A DNA stretch of 64,000 bases from Rhynchopus sp. YZ270_cl-10 (taxonomy: Eukaryota), in the NCBI GenBank assembly GCA_964035575.1, contig OZ037841.1:1550001-1614000 (forward strand). The letters run 5' to 3'. Position numbers and translations under genes: made by a program. This document shows positions 11,388 to 24,900 of this stretch, piece by piece; position 1 is the first letter of the stretch, and each line of letters begins with the position of its first letter. The notes under the pieces are model-generated. The model did no database searches and was not told where the DNA came from. It was given only the letters and a program-made list of their open reading frames with translations.

Positions 11388-14300
11388 GGGGTTTATTTGG
11401 CGGCAGTGTGTTGTTCTGTGTGGGCTAGCTAGGGTCGATCCGACAGGTGCCTCTTTTACTCGCTTACAGCTTCCCTGTAAACCTCACCCAAGCGCAACAC
11501 TCCGGGGTTCGATAACCCGCGGAGTGTCAGTGCCTGCGTCCCAGAGGCGTTTGCACTATCAACTTCACTTTACTCGTTGAGCGGGTTGGCACATTATGTG
11601 AGCATCCAGTTTATCCGTATTTGTTCTTGTAGAGGGGTTGGGATATCGAGGTGTTTGTATTAACAACTTCGATTTTGTGTTATGGGATGTGGGGGGGTGT
11701 GTAGAGAGACTGTGGAAAGCGGGTTCCAGAAGGTGTACTGTCCCGAAAAAAAAAGGGAAATTTTGAAAAATTTTTTTCGCGTTTTCATAAAGGAGTCTTT
11801 TGAAAAAAGGATGAGGATCCTTTGGTTGGCAATCTTGTCTTTTTTTTTGGCCTACTGGCCAGAGGGATTTTTGTCTTTCAAGGCAAGTTTATTTTGTGGT
11901 AAAAAATATATCCTGTGTGGAGGGGTGTCTATCAGCAACGTTTCTATTTAGACAAAATGGTTATGGTAAAAAACCTGGTGCAGACCAGAGTTCCTACTGT
12001 CTCCAAATGCCTGTTATATTCAAAAAGGACACCCCGTTTTCTATTAAAATTCGCATATTTTCTTCCATCTCCAACTTTTTGTGAAAAACACAACGTTCTC
12101 AACTGAACGCATCAGGAAGTATTCACACATTTATCACCCCGTTTTTCTTGTGCTTTCATCCGGATGGCTGGCATTGTACGTGGGTCAGTCAGAGGTGTCT
12201 GCATGTACCATTTTCTCCATTTTTTAATTTTTTTAAAAATAATCTCATCTCTCACCCCCCCTTTTGATTTTTTCTCAATAGCTTTTTGCTCCAAAGAGCT
12301 GTGTGCTGTGTGTTTTTGCTGACCCTTTCGGGGTGACAATTAAGTGCAGAACCCCTGGATGAATTGATACAAACAAATACAAAAAGTGAACTTGTTTCTT
12401 CCGTTCTGGCGGTACTACTTTTTTCCCTCTTTTTCCCTTCTTTTTTTATTCTTTTTTTGAAAGAAGTGTCGCGCTTGACTTTGTTCAGTCCCTACGTCCG
12501 CTATCCGGTGAGGCGTTTGCACTGTGAACCTTCTTTTGTTTTGTTGTGAACGACTCCTTTTAAGAACACTACATGGTTCCGTTTTCATCGGGAACGAACA
12601 ACCAAAGCATCTGAAATGCGTCTCTTGTGCACCCCCTTTTCGCGATCTCTCATTTTTCAAAAATAAACCCAGTGAGCTCATCTTTCCAAAATTCTTTTAT
12701 GTGCAAAAAAAAGCTATGTCTCCTCCACACTCTTGGGAATGGAACTGTGCCGTGTGAAGTATCCTGGCCCCTTCGAAGGGGTGTTGTCCGATAAAAAAAA
12801 TATTGTCATTTTATTCATTACATGGTGTACTGGTGTCACTGACATGAGGCATCGTGCAAACCGTAGTAATCCGCACATTTACGGGTGTGGTCTCATTGAG
12901 GTGGACCCAATATCCATCCTGAATTTGATACACCTAATATAGTCAGCTGTAAATGCGCTGCTCGCGTGTAGAAATTTTTTGACGATATATTCTTTTGTTG
13001 ATACTATCATGGAAATATGCCACAGTTTAACCACCCAATCTTCCCCTCTATGTCTCTTGTGAACATACCCGGGGTTTTTTTTATTGATTTCACCGTGTCT
13101 TCGCACTTTACTTAAATGAGAACCCTGTTTCTTGTGTTGTTTTTCCTATCCTCTCTTTTCAAAGGCATCCCCCTTTTTTTGTCTTTGCCGCCTCACAACG
13201 AGTTGCTGTGAAGTATTTCTTTTTCCTCTCCCCCCCTCTCGCATGTACTGTTATGTTCTTGATTTTGATTTTTTTTGTTTTTTTTTTTTTGAAAAAATTT
13301 GGGGTGTGTCGTGTCACAATATCATCCTACTATGTGCCTTCTAAGTTTCAAACCATTGGAGACGTGTATAAGTCATCTTTTCAAATTTACATTTTATGCC
13401 AATCAAATTTGGGGCTGAGCAAAAAAAAAAAATTAAAAAAGCCCCTTATTTTGCAAGGGGCGGGACGAACGACGACTTTACCTTCCGTAGTACAATAAGG
13501 TTTCGGCGAACATTGAGTACAGTACCTTAGTTTCCCCCATATGGAGGCTTCGACAGGAATTAGTCGCTATCTCAACAAAGAAGCGCACCTACCTCTCAAC
13601 TTACAAAGTACTACAATGAAATACAATACAAACAAACTTTCAATCCCCCGCCATATGGCGAAATTCGGTAATTTGTCAATACAACATAAAGTAAATCTGG
13701 AAAAGCGAACTCTGAATGGCAGCTGCACGAAACAAATTATCAAAAAAAAAGGGAGGTTTTTTTCTTTTTTTACTTCGAATCTTTCAGTTTACCTCCCTTC
13801 TTTCCCCCCCTCCCTCCCATCTCTTTAAAGAAAAGGTGGTTCAGAATCCACGCATTTTGTATATTTCCTCCGGGGGTTCGATAACCTGAAGAGAATAGTG
13901 TCTGCGTTCTTTAGTATATTCTGTAAGGCGTTTGTGCACTTTCAAAAAAAATTAGTACAATAGCCTTCGGGCGACATTGAGTACAGATCCTGCACTAGCA
14001 GGTGATTGTCAAGACAACAAAAGATCCTTTGGGTGGCATTGAGGATGGGAATACACCACACCTCGGTGTTATTATCGATACAGAATATACACTACCGTGG
14101 AACTTTGCGCTACCTTTCTGCAGAAAAATAAAATTGAATATACATCGCAAAAAATGTGCAAAAAAAACAACAACAAAATGGGACAATTTGCGCCCTATTT
14201 CTTTCAGATGTAACGATGGACAAGCTTCATCTTTGTAGTTCCTCAAGCGAAAATGAGGCTCATTTTGTAGTTTTTGTTTCCTTTTTTTGAGTTCCCTCCC

Positions 14301-14708
14301 TCCTCCCACCTATAACCTCCTCCAGGGCTTTCCTGGATGTGCCCAAAATTCTTGTCCAAACTTTAGTTTGCCTTTCCCTTTTTGGTTTTTACGTTTTGAA
14401 GAAAATAAAAATAGAAAAATAAACGTTCCTCGTGCGCACCAACAAATTGGCGAGGTGTTTGCACTCTTGGGGTCATCTTATATACTTCCCCCTTCCCCCC
14501 TTTTCTGTGTTTTAGAAACTTGGAAGATCCATGTGACCAGCCCCTCCTATTTTTTTTTTTCCAAGTTTTCTTGTTACGCCCGCAGTTATTTTTCTTTCTT
14601 TCCGCACTGTTTTGTACATTAGTACACTATTGTAACAATTGTGATGAGAGGTTGCTGAGGACACGGGGCTCAGGTCATATCTTTTTTTTCTTCTCGTTGA
14701 AGACAGGG

Positions 14709-15574
14709 CAGGGGTCCTAACGCTGTTCTCAAAAAAATTAAAAATGGTAACTTCAAGGTCACTTCTCGTTTTTTGGGGAGGGAAAAAAAAAACTTTCCCC
14801 CCTCAGAGGCGGTAGGCAACAACAAAAGTGAAGTTTAAAAAAGTGCAAATTCCTCAGACATACACTGGATCATAGGGACGGGGTACTAGATAAGATTTTT
14901 TTCGTCACGCAATTTCGGGGTCTCGCGGTTTGGTGTCACAGTTTTGCTTCTTACCACGAACAACACAACACAGATGCCAGATGTTTTTTCTCAACCCTTT
15001 CTCTGCGGGAAAGCCTCCCCTCCTCAGTGCAGCTTTGGCAGCTTTGTAGCCACTGGTGCAAGCCGTAGTGGGTGTCAGCCTTCTTATCAGTAACCTCAGT
15101 ACATTGACAAAAAGAAACGGCGGCCATAACACCCAAAAGTTCCTGGCGAAGCCACGGTACGCAACATTTCTAAAAATGTTGCCATAAAATGGCACTTTCG
15201 TCGGTAAATCCGTAAATTTTACTTCCGTGTTTTGCTAAAACAAAAGTTTTTGGCGAAGCCACGGTACGCAACATTTCAAAAAATTGCGCTAAAATTGTAC
15301 ATTGTGGCACCCGCAGCCCTGCAGACCACTGATCTTGGCAAAAATAAGAAAAATCCCGAAGCATGCTCAAATAAGATTCGCAAAGAACAAGCTCCAACGT
15401 GTTCCCGGTGTATGTTAAGTATCCGAGGTAACTTCGTGACACCGGATTTTAAAAATAAAAAAGGTCACTTTTTAGGGCACTTTTCGAAGGTCACTTCGAA
15501 GTGACCTTCGGATTTCAAAAAAATAAAAAAGGTCACTTCAGAAGTGGTAAAAGTTACCACTCTTAGGACCCCTG
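14709..15574. mobile_element. Non-autonomous hAT element
   Basis: Perfect 12-bp TIR CAGGGGTCCTAA / TTAGGACCCCTG, exact 8-bp TSD AGACAGGG (14701-14708, 15575-15582), and subterminal GGTCACTT repeats. Confidence 0.92.
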
Positions 15575-16181
15575 AGACAGGGTGACTTTGTGTCTGCGTA
15601 GTTGAGTATCCTCATGTTTAGCAGGGTGTGTCTGTGTCTTAAGAAAAGCTTCAATTTCGTTCTTCCTTTCACAAAAATTTGCCTTTTCTTGTTGTGGTAA
15701 GGTGATGTGCACGAGGGACGGGTAGCCACCCTCGATTATCCTGAACAATCTGCAGCTTCACTCTTTTTGAGTCAAATTTAGTTTTCATTTGTAGATGGAA
15801 TACTTATGCATCTTTCAACAGTTTTCTTTTGTTTTGTTTTGTTTTTTTCTTTGCGCCACGAGTTCATTCCAACCATACACCTTTTCCTTTTGTTCCCTGC
15901 TCTTTGCCCCACCACCGCCCGTTGCCCCTTAAGAGAATGTCAAAATAATAATGCATTGCTCTGAAAGAAACCTGGGGTTTTGGTTGTTTTGTCAAAAAAA
16001 AAAAAATCTATTTTACTTCTTTTGTTTCTTTCTATATCCACCGCTACCTTCAAAAAAAATTCCATACAAAACAGACCACGCCACACACTACACCTAAAAA
16101 AACAACTTCATTTTCGCCGTTTTCCTGAGATTCTTCTCAATTCTTTATTTTGTTTTGCACTTTTCCTTTTCCCCCTTAAAC

Positions 16182-16535
16182 ATGCTACGGTTCTCCGAAG
16201 CGGAGCTTGCGGATAATGTGAGTACTGCACAGGACTTGCAGGGGTTGGTGAAGCAGCTCACGAGCATGCACACTGCAATGCACGTCATCCAGGCAGAGCG
16301 GAATCGGGAGGTGTACGAGGCACGTATGCAGGCACAGCAGCTAGCGGAGCAGCTCGAGACGGCGCGTGAGGAAGCACGGCAGAACAGCGGCGGCAACACA
16401 GGAGGCCAGGCGCAGGTGCTCGCTGCCATCGACAACCACCTGCACAACATCTCTGTCGCCAGCTCCGAGGTCGCTTCCATAGCACGCTCCTTCAAGCAAG
16501 AAACCGATTTGACAAACCCGAAGCGATTGTTGTGA
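16182..16535 (+). CDS. Small coiled-coil protein, or the first exon of a larger gene
   Basis: GC-rich coding-like ORF after a pyrimidine tract, with heptad-like 'QAQQLAEQLETAREEARQ'. A possible GTGAGA donor lies at the stop, so the 3' end is uncertain. Confidence 0.6.
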   Translation: MLRFSEAELADNVSTAQDLQGLVKQLTSMHTAMHVIQAERNREVYEARMQAQQLAEQLETAREEARQNSGGNTGGQAQVLAAIDNHLHNISVASSEVASIARSFKQETDLTNPKRLL

Positions 16536-16758
16536 GAAAAGCGGGGGATGTTTTAGAGCTTGTTAGATCTTAGAGGGTGGGAGGGGGGAGGGTACTCTGA
16601 CCATTTCAATGCAGAGCAAAAAGCGTCCTACCTTTTTTTGTGCTACCAAATCAAGCTGTTCACCATTCACAACACACTCCTCTCTCAGGTGCACCCACAA
16701 CACGCATCCAAAGCAAACCCCACCCACTACGTGGTACATACACAAAGAAAGCAAAAAA

Positions 16759-18469
16759 ATGTCACACATTCTCGAGTCACCCATCCATGAGGAAGAGTAC
16801 TCCACCGATGACGACGACAGCACTTTGGACCACGACTCCAGCTCATACAGCCCTACACAGCAGGTACATGACAACATCTCTTTTTCCACCACCACCACTC
16901 ACCCCCTGTCACAGGTCAACCGCATGCGCCGCATCCTTGAACGTGACCTACGCCGTGCTGAGCGTGAATCCGCGCAACGCCGTCTTCACTACGACCAGAC
17001 CGGAGAGTCGACACTTCTTCTCGAGACTCTTGCGACACAGCAGGGTAAGCCCACCACCACGACCACAGCACACCCACTAGACGACTCGCACCACACTGCC
17101 GCAGCGCTGCAGCAGGCAGACGCAATGTTCTACGACACAACACTCTGCGATGCGGAGGCAGACGGGAACGGTCTCTACACTGCCGTGACACAGAGACCAC
17201 CGCGCGCCTCGACAGCGTCGTCACGGCAGGGAGACAGCACACCACAGAAGGAGGCGGCTGCCGCAGAGATCCTCTCAGGAGTGAACAACGCGACGCGTAC
17301 GGTGACAACACGCTGCAGTGCGGGGAGCTCTAGTGTGCACAACCTTCCGTACGTTGTGTCGCGCAAGACCGAAGTGTGTGATGTGGCGCTCTCACCGACC
17401 CCCACCTCTCTGTCCCCAGAGCGGAAGCTCGGCCAGGTCGTCGCGCATCAAGAAAAGCAGATGCGTGGTTTGGTCGCTGCACTGCAATCCGCTGCAGCAG
17501 AGATCAAAAGAGAACGCCGTTCGCGTGCAGAAGTGGAAGAAGCATTGTACCACGCCAAACGGCGACGTCCCGAAGCCACGCAAGAAGCACGACCAGAAAA
17601 GGAGAAAAAAGAGAAGAGCAACGCCGCCCTTCTCGTTGCACTACGGGTAGAAAACGAAGCACTTCGCGACGAAAACGCTTCTCTTTCAGCCATCCTTGCG
17701 GAACGCGACGCGGAAACCCCATCACGCCTTCACGAAGAACGCAACCTTCTTAGGTCCGACGTGGAAGCCATGCAGGAACAGCTGAGCGCCGGGGTCCAGG
17801 AGATTGAGGTGTGGCGGACTCGGTTCACTAACGCTGAGGAGGAAATACAGAAACTGACTGCATGCATTGTGAGCATGGAGGCAGAGGTGGAGGCGGTGAC
17901 GGCTGAAGAAGACGAAGAAGCCGAAGAGGCTGAGGAAGCGACCAACAGCAACACCGACCTTGAGGACGCACGAACCGACGCCACCTCTGAGTTCGACGAG
18001 GACGCATACCTGCGTGACAGAATGAAGCGCGCGCTTGCCCCGCGTCCAGACCCAGAGGCATTGGCGATCCTCATCAACTCAATGGTCACAGAACTCAAGA
18101 AGGAATGGCGCAAGCTGTGCGGACGTGACCTGCCTTTGAAGCGGAGTGGCGTCAACGGTGGAAAGGGTTGTGTATATGAATACAGAGAGAAGCGGCTGAA
18201 CCTGCGTATCGTAGCAGGGAAGCTGGCCTTCCGTGCAGGGGGTGGACATACGGTATGGCTGTTGGGTGAGAAGGGGATTGGGATAACTCCATAATTCTGA
18301 ATCATTTTTATGTGCCTACACCTATGAAGGGTGATAGCATTTGCACTTCGGTGATTACTAATGAGGCTCGGTACACTTTAAACAAAACAACAACAAAAAA
18401 AAAAAATAACAGGACCTGCTGACCCACATCACCCGCCAGGAAGAACACTACAGCATGCGTAATATGTAA
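16759..18469 (+). CDS. Coiled-coil protein with a C-terminal GAR (Gas2-related) microtubule-binding-like domain; exons 16759-18252, 18413-18469
   Basis: The spliced end reads 'VYEYREKRLNLRIVAGKLAFRAGGGHT|DLLTHI', resembling the GAR consensus (Y.FG....VRI....VMVRVGGGW..L..FL). Intron is GTATGG...TAACAG; the start codon is uncertain. Confidence 0.7.
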
Positions 18470-18966
18470 TAATGCACGCAGTGTGCGTTGGTTTTGTTTA
18501 TTACATAGTTCGCTAGGTCAACAACCGCAAAGCGGTTGTATTCACCATTTCTTCGCCCCTTTGTTTTGTCCATTTTCAAAACGCCATTTCCCCCTATGTG
18601 TTGATACTGTGTTTTAGCCTAGAAAAAAACCCCCCTCTCCTTCACCCATAGAAATGGATTTGAGATGGACCCACAAGTAGTATTATTAGAAACCACAAAC
18701 AAAAAAAAGATAGCTATTCCTATTTCCCGCCTACCCTCACTTCTTCTTTCCCCTCCTTTTTTTTTTTCCCCATCCCAATCTCCACAACCCCCCGCGAGTG
18801 GCCTCTATTTGGTAATCAATTTCATCCACATTTTTTTTTTGACGAGCTCTCCTACTCTAATCACCACGAATCTTTTTGCCAAAAAAATTCCCAAAAAAAA
18901 TCCCCTTTTTCTTCAGGTGGGAGAGGGGGTTTTTTTTCTCCTCCTTTTCTTCGATTGCCCACAAAG

Positions 18967-21900
18967 ATGCCGCTTCCTGTGGAAGATTGGGGTGCGTCTG
19001 CTGCCGCAGCGGCTCCTTCTTCTGCACCTACACCGGACAGAGGGAGTGCCAGCCCACCTCATGCACGACGAGGTGTGAGTGATGCTGAGAGACTAGCGAG
19101 CGTCACCCCACCGAAACCACCACCACCGTATGCTGCAGAGGCGAATCATGAACGGAGCTTTCATGGTGCGCAAGAGGACATTGCGTTGAAATATGAATCT
19201 GCTGTTTGTGAGGCAGCAGCCTTACGAAGGCAGGTACATGCACTAAAGGCACAGATGAGTCGGCCTTCGTATACTGCAGGGGAACCGCTTCCGATGGAGG
19301 CATTGGGATCACCTCAAAGAACGTCACCTCAACGGACCTTCAACTCCAGCGCAGAGGAGGCAGTGTGGAATGCGATGGACATCGACGTCATTACGAAGCT
19401 CGATGCGATTCACAAAGTCGATTGCATCAGGCAGGAGTATGAGGATACGCAGCGGGAGCTGCAGCAGGAGTTGGTTGTGAAGGAGGAGGTGCTCTCGATG
19501 TTGACCGAGCAGTTGAAAGGGATGGTGGACAGATCGCAGGTAGGTGCGTTGAGAGGGGAGCTGCAGAGGACAGTGGAGGAGTTGCAGATGGTGAGAAGGG
19601 AGAACCAATTGATTGCGTCAGAGAGGGATGAACAGGAGGAGCGGATTAAACAGATTGTGATGGAGAATTCGGAACGCAGGATTGACACAACAGCGGCAGT
19701 GCAAAGTGCGGTCGCAGAGCGGCAGGCGTCTCTCATTGATGAGATCCAAGATCTCAATGCAGAGCTCGATGAAGCCAAGCGGCAAGCCCACGCAGTCTCC
19801 CAAGCTGCAGCAGAGCTGGACGAACGTCTCCACTCTACAGAGGAAACCCTTGCAGCGACGACAGAGAATATGGTCGAAAAGGACGCCCGCATTGCACAGC
19901 TCCTCGAGGTGGAGGCAAGTCTCCTGAGGAGTGAAGGGGTGGTGCAGGATCTGGCAGATTCGTTGCAGGTATGAGAACTGAGGGGGTCAAGAGAGAGAAA
20001 TATGATCTGGTGATGGTTGTCTTGTTGAGTCTGATCGTGCTCGTATGAGCTTCATCTTGTTTTCCAGGTTGGTTCCACTGCCAAGCCTTCTGGATAACGG
20101 AATATCTTCTAAAGTTCTGATTGTTTTTTTTGTTGGGTATCCCGCAATGTACACCTACAAAGCGTACTTTTATTTGCTCTTTTAAATCCTGTGAAGAAAA
20201 ATCGTGGCTGCTATCTTGTGATGTTCCGAAGGGCACGAAGCGCCTTCTGCATCGATGCCGCGTTGCATCCGCACACGCGCTGAACACGAAAATGTGTCTT
20301 TTCCACAAGATATCAATGCACACGAGAGGATCGACTTGAGAATGCGTTGTCCCGTCACTGCCTCCTTGTACTCCTTGTTCTTGTTCTCAAGACAAAACGC
20401 GTTTGTGCCGTCACCCTCTTGATGGCGTCAGCAACCTTCGTGTCCTCATGTACGTTCGGTGGAGGCAGCCTGATTGCCCAGATCGAATCTGGAGTAGACC
20501 ACTAGCCTTGTACTACCTACTTACGAAAAATAGTATTATATTTTCAGACATTTGTTGAAAAGTGGAGAATCTACCTATTGTTTAGCTGACGCAACAGGTA
20601 CTTGGGGTAGTCCCTGTCCGAGCTTTTACAGCTGCTACTGGCAGTTGGCCCAGGGCTGTAGCCTTTCGAGCGGGCGGTGGGAGCCCCCTTCTCGTGGTGG
20701 TTGCCCTGACGACAACACTCGTCCACGTGTGCAAGCATACAGGCGTTCCCACGTACAGTCCGTCCAAGAACCGCTTCCGCGCGTTGCGTTCGCTTGCCGG
20801 CACCATCTCGGAAAGAACCGTAGTCCTCCGTTCTGCCGAGGACTTCCTCCAGCTCTGCCCAGTCTGCTTGACAAAGGTGTTCCCTCTATTACTCGCGTTG
20901 TCCAGAACTGACGAAGTTACGCCGCATCACTCATCCCCCGTCCAACATCAAGGACACGTCTTGTCCCTTCAGGTGGATGAAGACCGCTTCCTACGTCTCA
21001 CCCGCAAGCACGGTGATGCGGTTCGCCAGCTCATCCGCAAAAAAATTTTGTCCAGCAGGGCAGTCCTCGAGGCAGCTGTGTATCGCATGGCCGGCACGCA
21101 ACCACACGAAAGGCCAGCAATGATTTGCAGTAGTCTAATCAAACAACACTTTTGGGCATCCCGCAATGCCACACCCTGATTTTTGGGGTTTTTCGAGCTC
21201 CGGTACATTATGTTGAACGCTATTATAACCACCCCTTCTCCCCACACAACAGGCCCAAGCGCTCGCCCACAAGCAGGTACTTGAGGAGGCACAGTCGCGT
21301 GAGTCGCAGCTAGAAGCATTGAAGCAGCGCCACGATGTCAACGGGGAGGTCGTCGCCTCCTTGCAGCGCAAGCTGGACGACAAAGAACGCCGGCATGTGG
21401 AGACGGTGCTGCACCTTGAGTCGCGTGGCGCTGAGGTGATTGAGCTGCAGACACAGCTTGATGGGTTTACTGCACATCTTCAGAGCCACCTTCTGCAGAA
21501 AGACGAGCAAATGCGCCGCTCTCAGGAGGCTTTGGTCGAGGAGGTCAAGATGCTGAAGGTGTTCCTGTCTGAGGGCGAGGCGAGGGCGAGTGTACTGCAG
21601 TCTGCTGCGAATGGGAAGATCGAAGAAGCGCAGGGTGAGGCGCGTGCACAGGCAGCGTTGGTAGCGGACCTGGAGGCTCAGCAGCGTGGTCTTAAGGCGG
21701 ATATGCAGGAGGCTGTGCGGCAGCAGATGGGCCTCCAGGAGAGCAGCAGCGCCTCGCACGCTGTGGTGGAGCGCAAGCTTGCGAACACAGAGGCAGAGTT
21801 GGACTCACAGCAGAGGCTCACGACGCGTCTAGGGGCCGAGCTCAAAGAGCGTGACGAGCTTCTCGTGGAGCAGCAAGACACCATCACCGAAATGAGGGAG

Positions 21901-24900
21901 AAGATGGACCTCTGCGAACGCCTTGCAGTAACGCTGGAAGAGGCGCAGACGCAGAACAAAGCGTTGACAGTGGAAAACATGGAGCTGGCACAGACCGTTG
22001 CGCAGAAGGCGGAGGAATGCAACGCAGCAGAGCAGGTACGTCCTAGCGTTTATTTCACCTTTTAGTCAACCTCTACAAATTTGATAACAAATATTACTCC
22101 CACAGGCGACGACTGTACTGCGTGCACAGAATAACGACACAGTGGAGGAGTTGACTGCCCGTCTGGAGGGCCTGCAGGAGGTGAAGCGGCAGCTGCAGCT
22201 GCAAGTAAGCCAGGAGGCTGCACGGGCGGAGACGATGCTGATGGAGAAGAAGAAGTGCGAAGGCACGATTGCCGTCCTGCAGCAAACGCAGGCGCTGCAG
22301 CGGAAGCACCTCAGCGAGAATACAAGCCAGGCGCAGTCCGAGCTGCAGACCACGAAGGAGTCGCTTGGCTGGTTCTCGAAGAACCTCGACACCGTCAGCG
22401 AGCAGCTGCACGACCGTGACAGCACCATCGAGGCCTTCCGCCAGGCATGCGAAGCAAAGGACGCAGACATCGCGAAGCTTAAAACACTCCTACAAAAGTC
22501 CTCGGAAACGCTCGATCTTCTTCAGGTATGACCTCGGGGGTTTTGGTGATTCCTGAAGTGGAAACTTGAAAAACTACAAATAACACCAGGAATGCGCCGA
22601 ACGCTCTGGCGGCGAGCAGAAGCAGCAGCTCGAGACTGCGCGGCAGGAGTGCGCTGCCCTGGAGGACCAGCGCTCCTGTGCGTCCTCTGCTGTGTCTGCT
22701 GCAGAGGAGGAGGCGGAGGGGCTGAGGGCACAGCTGAGAGACGTTCGCGATATTGCGGAAGAGGAAAAGGCTGCACATGAGGCAGAGGTATGCACTGCCA
22801 CCTCGCTTCCTTCAGTACTCAACCTGATTGCACACAAACCATGCTCCAAAGATGTCAAACACTCACCACACCCCACCCCACAGGTCGCCCACCTCAAGGA
22901 AGAGCTTGAAGCCCTGCAGATGCGCCTCACGGATGTTGAGGAGAGTGAGCGGCAGTCGCAGCGCTCTGGTGACGACGCCGAGCGTACCCTGCACACACGC
23001 CTGGCTGAGGAGGCAGAGGAGCACGCCGTGCAGCGCCGCATGCTCACGACACGCATCCAAGAGCTCGAGGCTGGTGCCGACGCGCTGCAGGGGGCAGAGC
23101 GACGTGCAGAGCAGCTGCAGGCACAGTGCGACAGCAGTGCCTCCGAGATCACACAGAACCAACACCTTGCTGTCTTCCTGCAAGAAAACGCAGGCAGGGC
23201 AGCACTGCAGCAAGACGGACTGCACTGGTTCAGCCTCCACACCCTACGTCAGGTGCGCGAATTTGAACGCATCGCCGTCAATGCACGCGAACAGAAGCAG
23301 ACACAACAGTTGCTACACATGCAAGAGACGCAGGCGAAGCTTAAACAGATCGATGATGAAGACAAGGCACTTACTGCGGCACGTGAAGCAGAGTTGCATG
23401 AGTTGGTGTCAACATTGCGCAGTCGCAGCAGTGAGGCGGAAACAAGCAACCGCACTGCCCGCCAACTCATCGAACACATGACGGACGAACTGCAGCAACG
23501 TGACACCCTTCTCCGCAGCAGAGAGCAAGAGGCACGCCAGGCAAAGGAAAGCGCTGTCGAGGCAAAACGGGTTCTCGAACAAGAACGTCGCACCACGAGC
23601 ATGCAGGCACAAGACCGCGATCTCGAAGTTGCCGAGCGCGACTCTCTTATCGCACGCCTCCAAGGGGCGAGGGCGGAGCTTGAAGCAGCGGGGGCAGGGA
23701 AGGAAACATTGCTTCTGGAGTTGAGCAATAAGATGGACGAAAAGAGTGCGGATATGAAGGACCTGCATGCGGCTTTGGAGGAGACCGTTGCGCAGGTGAA
23801 GGTGCTGAGGGGGCAGCTGAACGAGCGGGAGGAAGAGGCGTTGTCAGCTAGACAGAAGTATTTGCAGCTGGAGAGTGAGCATGCGGGTGCTGTGTGCGAG
23901 GCACGTCGGACGCAGGAGGAGAGCGATGCCAAGCTGTGCACGTTGGAGGAGGAGCTCGCTGCACGGGTGCGCCACCTCGAGGTGTGCAACGAACGACTGG
24001 ATGCAGCGTCACGCCAGCTGCACAAGGCAGAGGAGGACGCAGCCACCCTACGCTGCAGTCTGACAGCATGCAAAGGTGAGCTCAGTGCGGCGCAGCTGGC
24101 CACGCAGACAAGCGAGGCAGACGCAGCGCGTCTGCAGCTGCAGCTTGACACAGTGCGCAGGGCAGTCGACGAGAAGGCACATCGGCTCACCGATAAGCAA
24201 AATGAGGTATGAAATGGTTTTTGACCTGTGGTTTGTAGCGTCTCTAGCGTCTGTGCTTAGTTTTTATCTTTTGCCTTTGTGTCTGTCGCAGCCTCATTCC
24301 TGATACCACAAACATCATCAGATTAACCGCCTGCGCGCTGAGAAGGAGGATGCACAGCACCGTTCTTCGTCAGCCCTGTCGCAGCTGCAGTCGACGGATA
24401 TCCACCACATCCAGAGTCAGAATGAGCTTGTGACGCAGCTTGAGCTTGCACGGCACTGTGCGGAGGTTGCGGTGACTGGCCGTGATGCTGTGGCAGCTGA
24501 GCTGCGTGAGGCACAGGAGACACACGCACATGCTCTATCGTATGCAGAGCAACGTGCGGCACAGCTGCAGGAGCAACTCGCCGTCTTGACAGCACAGAGC
24601 ACTTCAACCTCACGTGCGCACGAGGCTGCCCTGCTCGCAGCAGAGACACAGAACCGCGACCGCGTCGCAATCATGCAGTGCGACATCGACGCAAAGACAC
24701 AGGCACTCAAGCACATGCAAGCGAGCCTCGATGCGTTGCAGGTATCCCACCTCACACGACCCCCCTTATCACATTATCACCCCCACTCCACTCACCTCAG
24801 ACTGCCGCGTCCCGCACGGACCCCTCTGCCCATGCTGAACGTGCCCTTGCTGAGGTCAGCTCTGAGGTACAACGCCTCTCCCTCGAACTTGCTGCCAAGG

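Noticed and set aside
14641..14658. C/D box pair GTGATGA...CTGA
   Set aside because: The boxes are only 7 nt apart with no guide region or second box pair.
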